NCBI RefSeq assembly: GCF_009914755.1
Contig: NC_060947.1
Reading direction: 5' to 3' (one strand)
DNA length: 64,000 nucleotides
Origin: the human T2T-CHM13v2.0 reference genome, Homo sapiens
Shown piece by piece: positions 35,361 to 50,000 of this stretch. The translations under genes and the position numbers were made by a program. Every line of letters starts with the position of its first letter. Positions within the stretch are counted from its first letter, which is position 1. The notes below the pieces were generated by a model. That model had not been told where the DNA came from, did not search any database, and was given only the letters and a program-made list of their open reading frames with translations.

Positions 35361-36044
35361 TAAGAGAACCCTTAATCCTAAGGGCTGTAGAGAGAGGAAG
35401 ATTCATCTTCTGTAACTTCTTCAGGCTGAACAGGGGGGATGATATTCATGCCTAACCTCTTGCATTCAGGTTAGAGAAGAGCTCAGTCAAAAAGCATCAT
35501 TATGGTGAGGGCCATTCATAAGTCTTGAGTTATGACAAAAGGTGATATCTGGAAGATTAATAAGTGTTCAGTTTAAGAATACATTCAGTAAGAGAACCCT
35601 TAATCCTAAGGGCTGTAGAGAGAGGAAGATTCATCTTCTGTAACTTCTTCAGGCTGAACAGGGGGGATGATATTCATGCCTAACCTCTTGCATTCAGGTT
35701 AGAGAAGAGCTCAGTCAAAAAGCATCATTATGGTGAGGGCCATTCATAAGTCTTGAGTTATGACAAAAGGTGATATCTGGAAGATTAATAAGTGTTCAGT
35801 TTAAGAATACATTCAGTAAGAGAACCCTTAATCCTAAGGGCTGTAGAGAGTGGAAGATTCATCTTCTGTAACTTCTTCAGGCTGAACAGGGGGGATGATA
35901 TTCATGCCTAACCTCTTGCATTCAGGTTAGAGAAGAGCTCAGTCAAAAAGCATCATTATGGTGAGGGCCATTCATAAGACTTGAGTTATGACAAAAGGTG
36001 ATATCTGGAAGATTAATAAGTGTTCAATTTAAGAATACATTCAG
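35361..36044. repeat. Tandem triplication, 3 x 228 bp
   Basis: Units start taagagaacc at 35361, 35589 and 35817. Units 1 and 2 are identical by eye; unit 3 has 3 substitutions. Confidence 0.97.
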
Positions 36045-39000
36045 TAAGCTTATCCTGCATTCCTACGCAAAGAGTACGACAGCACTATATTTCACAACAG
36101 TAAAACAAAATAAGTAAAATTATCCCAAGTAAACTAAATAAGAAGGCTTTTCATGAACTGGGAGACTTTGGAACCAAAGTGATATGGAGTTGCTATACAT
36201 GCTATACATTCCAATATGTGCTCAGAATTAGAATATTGATCCAGATTTTTTACATTACCCACCTCTCTTGTTACTTTTGAACAGCCATAAGAGATCACTG
36301 GTTGGTTCACAGAAATAAGCAGGTTCAGTCTAAATCGTAGAAAGAAAACTCAAAAATAACTGATGAGATCACAATTTTATAACAAGTGTACCATTGTTTT
36401 TAAAATATGTTTTTTCTATCTCTCCATTCTCCCATTTTTACTAAAGACAAATCCTAACAGGGCTGATTTGTTTGCAAAAATACGCCATAGTCTTACACTT
36501 AGCCTGATTATTTGTGTAAAGTACAGCAAAAATAATCATTTTTCACATAGGCTTTTTAAATTGGCTTTGATTGGACTTTGTTCCACAAAAGGAATCTCAG
36601 ATAAGGTTTTTTTCCAAAGCCAAGCCTAGCCATAGGTTTGTACTATCAAATATTTATCAGTTAGGTAAATTCCTCTTTTTTCGAGGTCCCAAGATAACCT
36701 AGGGCTCCTGGGCCTGTTAGAAAGTGACATTCTTTATTTACTACAGGTCAGGAACCCTGTACGGGACAGTGTAGACAGGGTATGAGGCCAGTTTTCCCAA
36801 GGGGCTTTTATTGGCCCTGTAAGCCAAATTCGATTCCTTAAAGGAAAGCATGCCATTCCAGTCAAAGCCTTGGTAAAATAACTGGTTTCTTTTATTTTGT
36901 CCTGTTACAAAAGAAAACATTCTTATTGCACTTATGCAAATAACTATATTGTCATAAGTTAAGAATACTCACAAATAGTTTCCAAATTCTGGAGAAATCA
37001 GGTAGAGAGAAACAAATATGCTCCAAATTTTGTTCACAGGAGTATATTTTACTTACTTGTTAAAAGCTGCAAATCACTCAAAAGAAAAGTTTTATTGGCT
37101 CTGAAAAACAAAACAGAGGATCCTTTTAAGCAAAAAGTCAAAAAGATTACTTTAGTCTTCTATTAGTCCAGTCCATGTTGTTAACTCCTGTTCTGCCTGA
37201 TATTCGTGAACATTTCAGCACTCCAGGAGATCCTGAAAGTTTTTTCTTCTATTCTAACATCAAAATCTCCAAATTTATCAGAAACCTGCATTTAAGAACA
37301 CCTATTAGAGTTCTGTAGCTGATTATGAAACCACCTCTAAAGAAAAAAAAAAAAAAAAAAAAAAAAAACAAGGCAACAATTGTCCCTGGATGACAAAACA
37401 CTTTAGGGCAGTCTCTATTAAAGCCACAATTGACTAAGAATTTTGGTGACTTCTGTGGCATACAACAATTTTACATAACAATTATTATAACTATTAATAG
37501 CATACACTAAGTTATATCAGAGTTACAGAAGTTTCTAATAATTTTGGAACACCTACCAAAAACATATATTCACAAATACAGCCTAAAGAAAGAACTCTTA
37601 GGAACCATTGGTGGAAAAACCTGGATTGTAGGTGATTTTAACTATGTACTACCTTTGGAGCCTAGGACACAGAAAGAAGTGCAGATAAGGTTTGACTATC
37701 CAGCATAACTAGGAGGCATGGCTAACACCACATATCCCCAGGCTTTACCTAGAATCTGCTTCAAAGTAAGTAGGTTGAACAATTTTCAAAAATCAAAGAA
37801 GCCGTTTATGACCCTAACACATCTAGCAAACTTAATATTTAACCTACTTCAGACCAAATGTCTGAATTTTGAAGACATTTGAATTTTACCAATGATCTTC
37901 AAAACTGTTTTTATTTCTGAAACTTTACTAAAGTCACATGGACTAAAAGGCATTCATTCGTTTTTATTTTCTGATAGAATGTTAGATTTAAGCTCTTATG
38001 ATTTTTGAAAACAATCAAAGCTCTTTCATATCACACACACACAACACATATAAATACATAGACAGAAATGTTCCAGTAGTTTTAAGATTTTTTATTTGCC
38101 AGGTTCTTAATCAGATTACTGCTTCAGGGTGGAGCCCTTGGAGGAACAGGGCCAGGAAAACATGCAGTTTCTATGGCTTAATAAATAGGCAGAGCTGGAA
38201 AGCAAAAAAGATCCCCCAAAATTTAAGGGTCCCATTTTATATCATATCTTAAATCCCAAAAAAGACAAATGCTACAGAACAAGACAGTGCAATGATTTTA
38301 CTGTGCATTTCACTGCAAAGCAATTCAAAGCCACTCAACCTACTCTGTGATTACCCCATCTTCCATGGGAGTCTTAGGTCTCAGTGTGGGGCAGGGATGA
38401 GCACATTGCCATACCTTCTAGGTGGCCAAGAGCATGCTCCTCTGATCCAAACATGTGAAAAGCCAAGTATTCACCTTTAACTGTCATTAGCTATTCCCCA
38501 AAGCATATTTCCTACCCAGTTATTACACACCAAAGTTCTATTATAATGTGGAGCAATTTCTGATCCCCCCAAGGGTTAAAAACACCTGATAATGCAATGC
38601 AAAAGAGAAAAGAGCCTTAGATTGTGAAGGGATCTCTCCACTTCTGGTTCCTGGGGTTTCATGAGAAAAAAAAAAAAAAAGAGTTTTTTCCCAAAACAAG
38701 GTCTGTGGCACTACTTGTTGTTCACAAGGAGTCCCAGGCTTTTAGAGCTTGAATATCCTCTTTTAATTAGGCTGACTTTTAAATGTAATACTCTTTTTAA
38801 AAAGATCCTTTTAAATTTCTTATTACCCAAATTTAGCCAGGCCAAATGGCCAATATTTCTGTCCTCAAAGAAAGAAAAATTCAACATGGTTTGTGGAGGG
38901 GAAGATAATCAACAAATGGTAAATGTCATGCAGATATCAAACCAGAAAGGGCTTATTCCCTAAGCCAGGAATTGAACCCTGAACCTGTGCCACCACTGGA

Positions 39001-39902
39001 AAAACACAAAGCCTTAGCTGCTAAGCTGCAGAATTGGAAATATTTTATTGCTCTTCCCAGGAGACTAGAGCAGTCAATTTTGAGATTGCATTGGCTTTTA
39101 ACTGCTCAATTTAATTTTCAGAGATAACTATGACATGTACCCCCAAATTCCTCTTCCCTGGATGGCAGAGACCAAGAGAAAGTACCACCACATGTATACA
39201 AGATATGGCAGAGACCAAGACAAAGCTCCCAAGGACATTTTTCAACATGCGATCTCTGGGCAAGAAGGTTCCCCTGAATGACAGAAAAGATAGGACAGGG
39301 AAAGAAGAGAAAGAGAGAAAAGCATTGCCTGAAGCAGAGTGGGGAAGGTGAGGAACTCAGGGAGGCCAGAGAAAGACCCACCCACTGCAGTTAGACTTAA
39401 TCAAAAGTTCAAGCAGCTGCTTTTCAGTCACAAACGGATCTTACCCAGAAGTCCCATCAGCTCTCGAGTGTCTCCCTTTTGGGGAAAAATAGCTCGCCAT
39501 GTCCTTTGATCCTGAATATGTTTAATTCTGTCTCCCGTAGCCATCAGCAAAGAGTGCAAGGCAGATAAGTCCAAAGAAAATAGCAGTTAACATCCAGTAG
39601 TGCCAAACCCACTTTTAGCCGAGAGGAACTTTACTGAGAGGGGCCTCCAACCCCATAAATCTTAGGAAGGGCTCTAACCTTCCTAAGTTGGGCCCCAAAC
39701 AGGTTCAGTCAAGCACCCTTGCCTTTTATTAAGAGGGGGTCTTTAACCCTCTCTATCTTAGGGCAGACTCTAACTTTTCTAAGTTGGGTCTCTAACCCAA
39801 TTCCATTCTTTACCGAGTTAAATGCGCCTCACTTACCCAAAGTTGGCCAAGTGGTGCTGCACACAGAAGATTTTCCTTTGGGTCGGGGGTCATTTCAGTA
39901 TA

Positions 39903-39921
39903 ATCCCTTAGTGGTTTGCCA
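39903..39921 (-). promoter_or_regulatory. Degenerate primer-binding site, tRNA-Arg(TCG)-like
   Basis: Minus strand reads tggcaaaccactaagggat just inside the 5' LTR. Confidence 0.6.
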
Positions 39922-39927
39922 GAAAGA

Positions 39928-40562
39928 TGTTACCAGAAAGGAGTCTGAATCCAGACCCCAAGGGAGGGTTCTTGGATCTCACACAAGAAAGAAATCAAGG
40001 CAAGTCCATAAAGTAAACACAAATGTATTAAGAAAGTGAGGGAATAAAAGAATGGCTACTCCATAGGCAGAGCAGTGGCTTGCACTGCTCCATTAAGGAT
40101 ACTTCTAGTTATTTCTCAATTATATGTTAAACGTGGGCTGGATTATTCATGAGCTTTCTGGGAAAGGGATGTGTGCTTCTAGGAACTGAGGGTTCCTCCC
40201 CTTTTTAGACCATATAGAGTGACTTCCTGACATTGTCATGACATTGGTAAACTGTCATGGTGCTGTTGGGCGTGGCTTTTAGCATGCTAATGTATTATAA
40301 TTAGCATATAATGAGCAGTGAGGACAACCAGAGGTCACTTTCATCCCCAAATTGGCTTTGGTGGGTTTTGGCCGGCTTTTTTTGCTGCAACCTGTTTTAT
40401 CAGCAAAGGAAGACTTTATAACCTGTATCTTGTGCTGACCTACTAGATCATCCTGTGACTTAGAATGCCTAACCTCCTGGGAATTCAGCCCAGTAGGTCT
40501 CAGTCGTATTTTACCCATCCCCCATTTTAGATGGAGTTGCTCTGGTTTAAACACCTCTGACA
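39928..40562 (-). mobile_element. MER41B 5' LTR
   Basis: Direct repeat of 34711-35340 with TG...CA ends. Confidence 0.93.
40156..40185. promoter_or_regulatory. Tandem GAS (STAT) motifs in the MER41B LTR
   Basis: ttctgggaa (40156-40164) and ttctaggaa (40177-40185) both fit TTCNNNGAA at the known MER41B positions. Function not shown. Confidence 0.7.
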
Positions 40563-41534
40563 TCATTACCACATTTTAGCTAGGACAGATTGTTGATATT
40601 TCAGAGGTAACAAGTATCAAAACACAAAGGTCTTGATTTAGGAAGCAAACTCAGGCTGTCATAGGGAAAATAAGAAAGAAAGGAGAACCTCAGCTATGAA
40701 ACTGCAGCATGGGGTGACAGCCCTTGCTCTTTCAGTTTGGTTTGTCTAGCAAAAAGATGGGCTTATTATGTAAATAAAGCCAGTTAAGTAGTCAAAATAA
40801 AAAATCGTTTTTGTTGTTTGCTGTTTTTCTCCCAACCCATTCCCCATCTTTTTTATTTTTATTTTTTGTGTGTGGAAATTTAGCCACTTCAGAGGCCTTG
40901 TTCTCCATAATTTGGAACTTTCCTTTGGATTTGATCAAGTCGGATAGAGTTGGTCAAACCCAATGGGAAAAAGACCAAATCAACAACAAATACAGAAACA
41001 AACAAAGAACAACAAGAAACCATTAAGCAAAACAAATGATCTCCCAATTTATCTGATTACTGAGTGCTCTAATGTTAAGGAGAAATTAAGACCAGCTTGT
41101 TGTTAGTCTTAACTTTAGCCAAGAAAAATACCCCAATTCAGCTACATACCTAGGGATGGATCTCAGGCTGAAGACTGTTCTCTACCATCCTAGAAGCAGG
41201 AAAAAACTTAAACTTTTCTCCCGTTGGAAACAAGCTCAAACTCCAGAAAGGAGTTACCTGCCTTTCATCATCATGGAAACAGGAAAACTTGCCTTCCTTA
41301 TTGGAAGCAAGTAAAACTCCAAAAAAAAGGAGCTGTACAGCAAAATACACTTTAGACTTTAACCAAATTATTGAAGATCAGGGATTCTCTGGAAGCACGG
41401 GGGAAGTTGGCGGGGAGGGGGAAGGTGGCTTCCAGACCTCAGCAAAATGTTCTATTAGTTTGAGCCTTAAGGATAGCTCAAGCTGGTACCGGACACCAAT
41501 AGGAGTTTTGTCAATGTCAGGGCACCTCCACTAA

Positions 41535-41554
41535 GAATCCCTTAATGGTTACCA
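41535..41554 (-). promoter_or_regulatory. Primer-binding site, tRNA-Arg(TCG)-like
   Basis: Minus strand reads tggtaaccattaagggattc, 3 nt inside the LTR end at 41558. Confidence 0.7.
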
Positions 41555-41557
41555 AAC

Positions 41558-42001
41558 TGTGAACCCCAAATATCTGAGACTGATCTCAGCAAATTTAGAA
41601 AGTTTATTTTGCCAAGTGAGAACATGTGCCGTAACACAGCCTCAGGAGGTCCTGAAGACATGTGCCCAGGTAGTCAGGGAACGGTTTGGTTTTATACATT
41701 TTAGGGAGACATGAGAATTAAATCAATATATGAAAGATGAACATTGGTTAGGTCCAAAAAAGGTGGGATGACTAGAATTGAGGAGTGGGCTTCCAGGTCA
41801 TAGGTAGATAAGAGACAAAGGTTGAATTCTTTTGAGTTTCTCATAAGCTTTTCCAACAGAGGCAATCAGATATGCATTTACCTCAGTGAGCAGAAGGATG
41901 ACTGAATAGAATGGGAGGCAGGTTTGCCCTAAGCAGTTTCTAGCTTGACTTTCCCTTTAGCTCAGTGATTTGGGGGTCCCACGATTTATTTTTCTTTTGC
42001 A
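41558..42001 (-). mobile_element. MER4A1-like LTR (5' LTR of the minus-strand MER4 provirus)
   Basis: Reverse complement runs tgcaaaagaaaaataaatcgtgggacccc...tctcagatatttggggttcaca, 444 bp. Confidence 0.85.
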
Positions 42002-43208
42002 CTACAGTACACCTGTTGTTAGATTCTAGTCTTGCCTCATGTTTTTGAATTTTTATTATTTTCTACAGCATGGACTGAATTCTAAAATTTTTCCTGGCTA
42101 CAAGTCTTCAAAATAATACTTACAATTTTATTTTCTTTCCTTCCCCCTCCCAACTTTTCCTGATTTGAAATCACCAAAAATTAACCTGTGCTTTCTTTAA
42201 GCCCTGCAAACTGAAGCGAGAAAAGGTAAACTTCAGAAGAAAATGAAATGGCAGCAACCTACTTACATATATAAACCACTTGCATACCTGCCTACTGATG
42301 TATGAACTTCAGAGTAAGATGGCCTATATTGATTTTTCAGGATTGCTCTTCATATTTTTTTTGCTGTTGTTTTTCTCCCTTCTTCCTCCTGTTTTTTCTT
42401 TGTAGAACGTAAGAATTCACAACCTACTAAAAATGACCTTTCCTGATAACGTGAGACCTACCTGTCTAGGAAAAAACCATCCTAGCCATGAGGCAAATCT
42501 GGAACAAAAAAAACCTCTTTTTCTTCTAAAATGCTTTCTCCAAAAGATTTTAAAAAGGGGTTAAATGTCAAAGGAAAATAAATCTTGGGACCCCCCCCAC
42601 CCCCGGCAAATCACTAAGCCAATAAAAACATCAAGCTGGGGACTATGTCAGGCAAATCTGTCTCCCATTTTATTCCTAAACAAGATAGCTACAAAGATTA
42701 AAAACAAAAAAAAAAAGCTACATATCTCCCTCATTATTTGCCCACAAAGAAATTATTTGTGGACAAAGGACAGACAGACCTCAAAGTCATCCCTCTTAGG
42801 CCAAGGGCATGTCTGATTTCTTCCTCTACCCTATTGTTTTACTAAGGTCAGACTAAGGGATAAGTGACTATTACTATACCTCCTCTCACATGTAAATTGC
42901 GTATTTGGTAAAAGGCTAATCAGAGACTCAAAGGAATGCAACCTTTTGTTTCTTATTTATCTATGACCTGGAAGTCACCTCCCCCTCCTCCAGTTTTCCT
43001 GCCTTTCTGGACAGAACCAGTGTACATCTTACAAATACAGATTGATGTCTCCTGTCTCCCTAAAATGTGTGAAACCAAGCTGTGCCCAGACAACCTTGGG
43101 CACAAGTCATTAGGACCTCTTGAGGCTGTTTCATGGGCATGTCCTTAACCTTGGCAAAGTAAACTCTCTAAATTGGTTGAGACCTGTCTCAGGTATTTTG
43201 GGTTCACA
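42002..43208 (+). mobile_element. Plus-strand MER4 internal 3' end (42002-42565) plus MER4A 3' LTR (42566-43208)
   Basis: PPT aaaaagggg, then tgtcaaaggaaaataaatcttgggacccc...gtctcaggtattttgggttcaca (643-bp LTR). Confidence 0.85.
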
Positions 43209-44701
<1,493 letters not shown>

Positions 44702-45838
44702 TGTTTGAGTCCAGGGATTTGGGGCTAATCAAGGAAGAAGCTATGATGATGAGAGGCAGTAACACTCAAGAAGCTTTATTAGGCAATGCTTTCACATGAC
44801 AGGATAAAACTTTCACAGCCTGAAACTGTCCCGAAGCATATGGCCAGGGGTCCATGACACAGAAGGGGAAAAGACAAGGGAACTCTCTGAAGAGAGCACA
44901 GATGTATCAGAGAGGGGCCTATATGTCTAGGCGATGTCACTCAGTATTATAGAAAGAAGTCTCTGGATCAGATGTTCAAAAGGAAAAAAGCAATTTTGAT
45001 GTGCAAAAATTCATTTGGCACCAGCAGGTTTTTGAGCTAACAGTTATCATATTGCAGTGAAGAAGTAAACAGCAACTTAAACAAATTTACGAGAAAAAAA
45101 CAGCCCCATCAAAAAGTGGGCAGAGGATATGAACAGACACTTCTCAAGAGTAGACATTAACGTGGCCAACAAATATATTTTAAAAAGTTCAACATCACTG
45201 ATCATCAGAGAATTGCAAATCAAAGCCACAATGAGATACCATGTCACGCCAGTCAGAATGGCGATTATTAAAAAGTCAAGAAACATTAGATGCTGGCGAG
45301 GCTGTGGAGAAATAGGAACGCTTTTACACTGTTGGTGGAAATGTAAATTAATTCAACTATTGTGGAAAACAGTATGGTGACTCATCAAGGATCTAGAACC
45401 AGAAATACCATTTGACCCAGCAATCGCATTACTGGGTATATACCCAAAGGAATATGAATCATTCTACTATAAAGACACATGCACACATGTGTTTATTGCA
45501 GCACTATTTACAATAGCAAAGACATAAAACCAGCCCAAAGGCCCATCAATGAGAGACTGGATAAAGAGAATGTGGTACATATACACCATGGAATTCTATG
45601 CAGGATTGGGGGACGAGGGGAGAAAACTTAGAGGATGGGTCACTGGGTACAGCAAACCACCATGGCACATGTATACCTATGTAACAAACCTGCACATTCT
45701 GCACATGTATCCTGTTTTTTTTTTTTTAGAAGAAATAAAGAAAAATGAAAATTAAAAAAAAAACACACACACAGGAGAAAAGAATTAAACAACCTAGGGT
45801 TCAATACACATAGGTCATCTTTGGCTCATTATACTACA
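44702..45838 (-). mobile_element. ERVL LTR (MER76-like) interrupted by an L1
   Basis: TG...CA ends, tttatt (minus-strand AATAAA) at ~44775, gagtccagggatttggggctaatcaaggaaga and atgtctaggcgatgtcactcag blocks. Confidence 0.6.
45074..45765 (+). mobile_element. 5'-truncated L1PA8A-like element with an internal deletion at ~45603
   Basis: ORF 45129..45380(+) is the ORF2 C-terminus. 3' end aacttagaggatgggtca...gtatcctgtttttttttttagaagaaataaa. Imperfect TSD agaagtaaacagc / agaattaaacaac. Confidence 0.85.
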
Positions 45839-45954
45839 CTGTTATCATTGCCATGATTCAAAAAGGTATTTTATATTGGAATGTGTATATGTGTATTAGC
45901 AATTCCCCATGCTGCCATACACCCCACCTTTAGGTAGTGACTCTGCTGCATATT

Positions 45955-46030
45955 TCCTACATATTATCTTATTTCATTCTCAAAATAACTCTTTGAGGTG
46001 TATATCACTGATATTGCTAATTTGACAATT
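45955..46030. mobile_element. MIR SINE fragment
   Basis: attatcttatttcattctcaaaataactctttgaggt resembles the MIR core attatctcatttaatcctcacaacaaccctatgaggt. Confidence 0.6.
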
Positions 46031-47059
46031 TAAGTGTGCGAATATTATTCTAAACCAGAATTCTGGAGGACCACAATAGGCTAATATTTACTAGTAAGCA
46101 CTGGAATTGATTTTAATTTTAGTCCTAATAGCCCTTTTCATTTACCCTTGTAATGTTATAGGATATTCTGTAACACTATGTGGAGTCCTTTGCTACCTTA
46201 GAGCATCCTGCCCAATGATTTGTTCCTCCCTTTACAAGCAGCTACCTTCTCAATGTGGCTAATATTACTTCTAGATCTCTCATGTCAATGCTGGGGTCAT
46301 TCTTCCTGTCCCACTTATGTGACCTTTGATAAGAAATGTATACATCAAATATACCTCACTCTCATTGACATGAACCTTTCAACAAACAAACCAAAAATAT
46401 TTCATGATTTTGATGACTCATTTCCATGAGTTCTTCATCTGAGCCTTAAAGTTATCAGTGCCAACTGGAAAAATTGGGAATTTCTGATAAATGATTGTCA
46501 CATTTCTGCAAATGAAGATTCATAAAGGCTCATCTGCATTTTTCAGAACATATGCACATCCATTCCTAATGAGCTTGCCTTCTACTAATGCCTTAAAATT
46601 TAAATAAGTGGATTTAATTCACCTTACCATCAAATAGAAACAGTGAAATCCTGAAAATATTACTTTGCTGTATATACCCAGCAGCCACTTAATGGAATCT
46701 TCAGGATAAAGCAAGATAATAAAATCACAAAGGGGAAGTAATTCAATTTAAAAGTGCTTGAGATTTCATGACTTTTCCCTGGACATGTTTTATTTATATG
46801 GTTTTGAAGCATATCTTTAATTATTTATCAGGTATCTGGAATTGGCCTTCTCTGGTTAGCAGACCCATAGAAACCATAAGGAATCTATCCAGATTATCAA
46901 CACTTCATGGCCATTGGATGCTTTACATGGAAATTTAGATGTAGTGGCCTCATGAAAAATTTTTGTTTATTCAAAAATAAATAATATTTTTTAAGATCTC
47001 TATTACAACTTTCAGTCAGATTGACCATTCTGAAACACTGCATGATGTAAGCAGTAACT

Positions 47060-50000
47060 TCAGCAGGGTGGCAGAATATTAAAGCCCCATATGCTTCTTC
47101 ACCCAAGGAAACAAGAATTGAACTAAAACATATGAGTCAGTAGCCTTTGTGACAAATCCAAAAACCAGTTAAAAGGTTCCTGCACCAAGGTGAGCTGAAG
47201 CCAGGAAAAAAAAAAATATCTATATATATATATGTGTGTGTGTGTGTATATATATTATATATATATTATATATATTTTTATGTATATTATATATAAAATA
47301 TATATTATATATATAATATATATAATATAATATATATTATATATATATAATATATATATAATATATAATATATATATATATATAATATAATGTGTATATA
47401 TATATATATATGTGTGGCATTTACTCAACAGAGCACCCCCTTCCCCAGCACAGTACAATGTGATTGGGAGGAAATCCCTAATTTCTAACTTCTCCTTTGA
47501 AATGGAAAGGAGTGGAATCCACAGCTAACATTCTGACTTCTCATGGTGCTGTCCAAGCAACTATTTTCTAACTTGCCTGCATCTAAGTGATGACAGGAGT
47601 AAGTGGCCAAATTGCAGACCACTGAAAACGAGAACATGACTAATTCTACAACTAGAGTCAGCAGTACCACAGAGAGACACTAGGTAGGGCTTCAGTTCTA
47701 TAGCTTACTGCCCCACTTAGAGGCTGCAATATCGCAGAGAGACACTAGAGGGATTTCCTAAGCAGAAACATGCATGTTGTTTCAATTAAGAAACATGCAC
47801 ACTCAAAGAACCAGAAGAGGAAAAAAAACTGAACCCAATATTAGCAGATGAGGAATAATTAATAAAGATAAAGAAGAGATAAATTAGTGAACAGAAAAAC
47901 AACAGAAAAAATAAAACCAAAAGATAGTTTTTTGACAAGATCAATAAAATTGACAAATCTTTAGTTAGAATATTACAAAAAGTAGAAGACTGAAATAACT
48001 GAATTTAGAAATGAAAGAGGGGATATAACAACTGATGTGACAGACAAAAAGGAGTATAAAAATTATATAGCAAAAATTATAACAACAAATTGAATATAGA
48101 AAAAAACGATAAACTTAACAGACATACAACCTACTGTATATGAATCATAAAGAAATGAAAAAAATTCTGAAAGGACTATAACTAGTAAGGAGATACAAGC
48201 AATAATCAAAAACTTCCCATACCAAAACAAGCCCACAATCAGCTGTCTTCACTGATGAATTCTACCAAATGTTCAAAAATTAGCACCAATTTTCAAACTC
48301 TTCCAAAAAATTGAAGAAGAGGGAACACTTTCAAACTCATTTTATGAGGCCAGTATTATTCTAATACCAGAACCAGAGACAAGAAGAAAATAAAACCACA
48401 GAACATTATCCGTGATGATTATTGATGCAAAAAATACTCAGGAAAATAGCAAATCAAATGCAGTAGCACCTTAAAAGTATTATACATGCTGATAAAGTGG
48501 GATTTATACCTGGAATGCAGAAATGGTTCAAAACAAAAAATCAATCAATATAATACACTATATTAACAAAATAAAGAGCAAAAATTGTGTCCTGGCCTCA
48601 TTTAATGAAAATTCAACATACCTTTTTTTATAATATAAAGCACTCAACAACTGGAAATAAAAGAAAAATACCTTATCGTAATAAAAGCCATATATAAAAA
48701 ACCATCAGATAACATTATACTTCATGGTGAAAGATTGAAATAGCTCTCTCTAATATCCAGAAGAAGGCAAGGAGGCCATTATTTCCACTACTGTTCAACA
48801 TAGCACTGGTAGTCTTAGACAGAAATATCGGATAATAAAAAGTAATGAAAGACATCCAAATTGACAGAATCGTTTGGCAGAAAACACTAAAGATTACATG
48901 CACAAAAAAAAACTGTTGAAACTGATACATGCTTTCAAAAAAATTTCAGTAACCAACACAAGCATACAAAAATCAGTTGTTTCTATGCACTATAAATTAC
49001 CAATGGGAAAAGGAAATAAAGAAAACAATTCCACTTACTATAACATCAAAAGGATAAAATACTTGGCAATAAACAAAGAGGTAAATGATGTACGGCGAAA
49101 AAAACAAAACATTACTAAAAGACTCAAATAAGAAACAAAAATATTAAAAACAATCTGTGCTTATGTATTGGACCACTTAATATTGTGAAAATGTCCAGAA
49201 TATGTAAAGCAATCTACAGATTCAATTGAATCGCTACCAAAATCTCAATTTTTTATTATTTTACAGAAATACAAGAAAAAAATCCTAAAATTTATAAGGA
49301 ATGTCAGGAAATCCAAATAGCCGGAACAGTCTTGTAAAAAAAATAATAAAATGAGAGAACTCACACTTCCTGATTTCAAAAAAGTAATCAAGATAGTAAA
49401 TAATTTTTACAAAGTTAGAGAATTAATCAGTAATACAAAACAGAGAGCCAAGAAATGAACCTTGCATATATAACCAAATTATTCTTGAGAAGGGTACCAA
49501 ACTACACAATGAGAAAGGAACAGACTCTTCAATAAATGGTGTTGAGAAAACTGGATATCTACACACAAAAGAATAAATGTGGACCCTTAAATTACACCAT
49601 ACAGAAAAGTTAACTGTAAAAGAATTAAAGATCTAAATGCAAGGCCTGATAATATAAAGTCATAGAAGAAAACATAGGGATAACTCTCAAGGCATTAGAT
49701 TTGGCAATTATTTAATAAAGATGACATGAGAAGCGTAGGTAACAGAAGTTAAAATAGACAAATCAAACTATATCGAACTTAAAAACTTGCACACGTCAAA
49801 GAAAAAACAACATAGTGAAAAAGACAACATGGAAGAAAATATTTGCATATTATATATCTGATAAGGAGTTAAAAAGAATATATAAAAAACTTCAATTCAC
49901 CACCAACGACCAAAATAAATTACCCAATTAAGATATAGGTAAAATAACACGAATAGACAAATAGGTATACAAATAGTCAACAAACATATGAAATGATGCC

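Larger units (their letters stand above)
34711..40562 (-). mobile_element. Complete two-LTR MER41 (MER41B-type) non-autonomous ERV1 provirus
   Basis: LTRs at 34711-35340 and 39928-40562, TSD tcat (34707-34710 and 40563-40566), PPT next to the 3' LTR (35341-35360), PBS next to the 5' LTR. No retroviral ORF recognised in the track. Confidence 0.93.
33821..41557 (-). mobile_element. MER4-group ERV1 internal region (33821-34710 and 40567-41557), 3' part and 3' LTR missing
   Basis: Non-coding AT-rich internal sequence that rejoins across the MER41 TSD (aaatctcat|taccac). Abuts a PBS and LTR at 41558. Confidence 0.75.

Noticed and set aside
35361-36044. Direct repeats as a CRISPR-like array or a repeated coding exon
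   Set aside because: Head-to-tail units with no spacers in eukaryotic ERV DNA. The unit length is divisible by 3 but no ORF spans it.
36050-39900. Retroviral gag/pol/env coding in the provirus interior
   Set aside because: No RT, integrase or Env motif recognised in any ORF; the element appears non-autonomous.
46030-47050. Apparently unique DNA (also 50720-51810 and 51950-52546) as possible exons
   Set aside because: AT-rich with no convincing ORF, splice pair or CpG island. A lncRNA exon cannot be excluded without expression data. The 12-mer ctgagccttaaa shared with ~50772 looks like chance.
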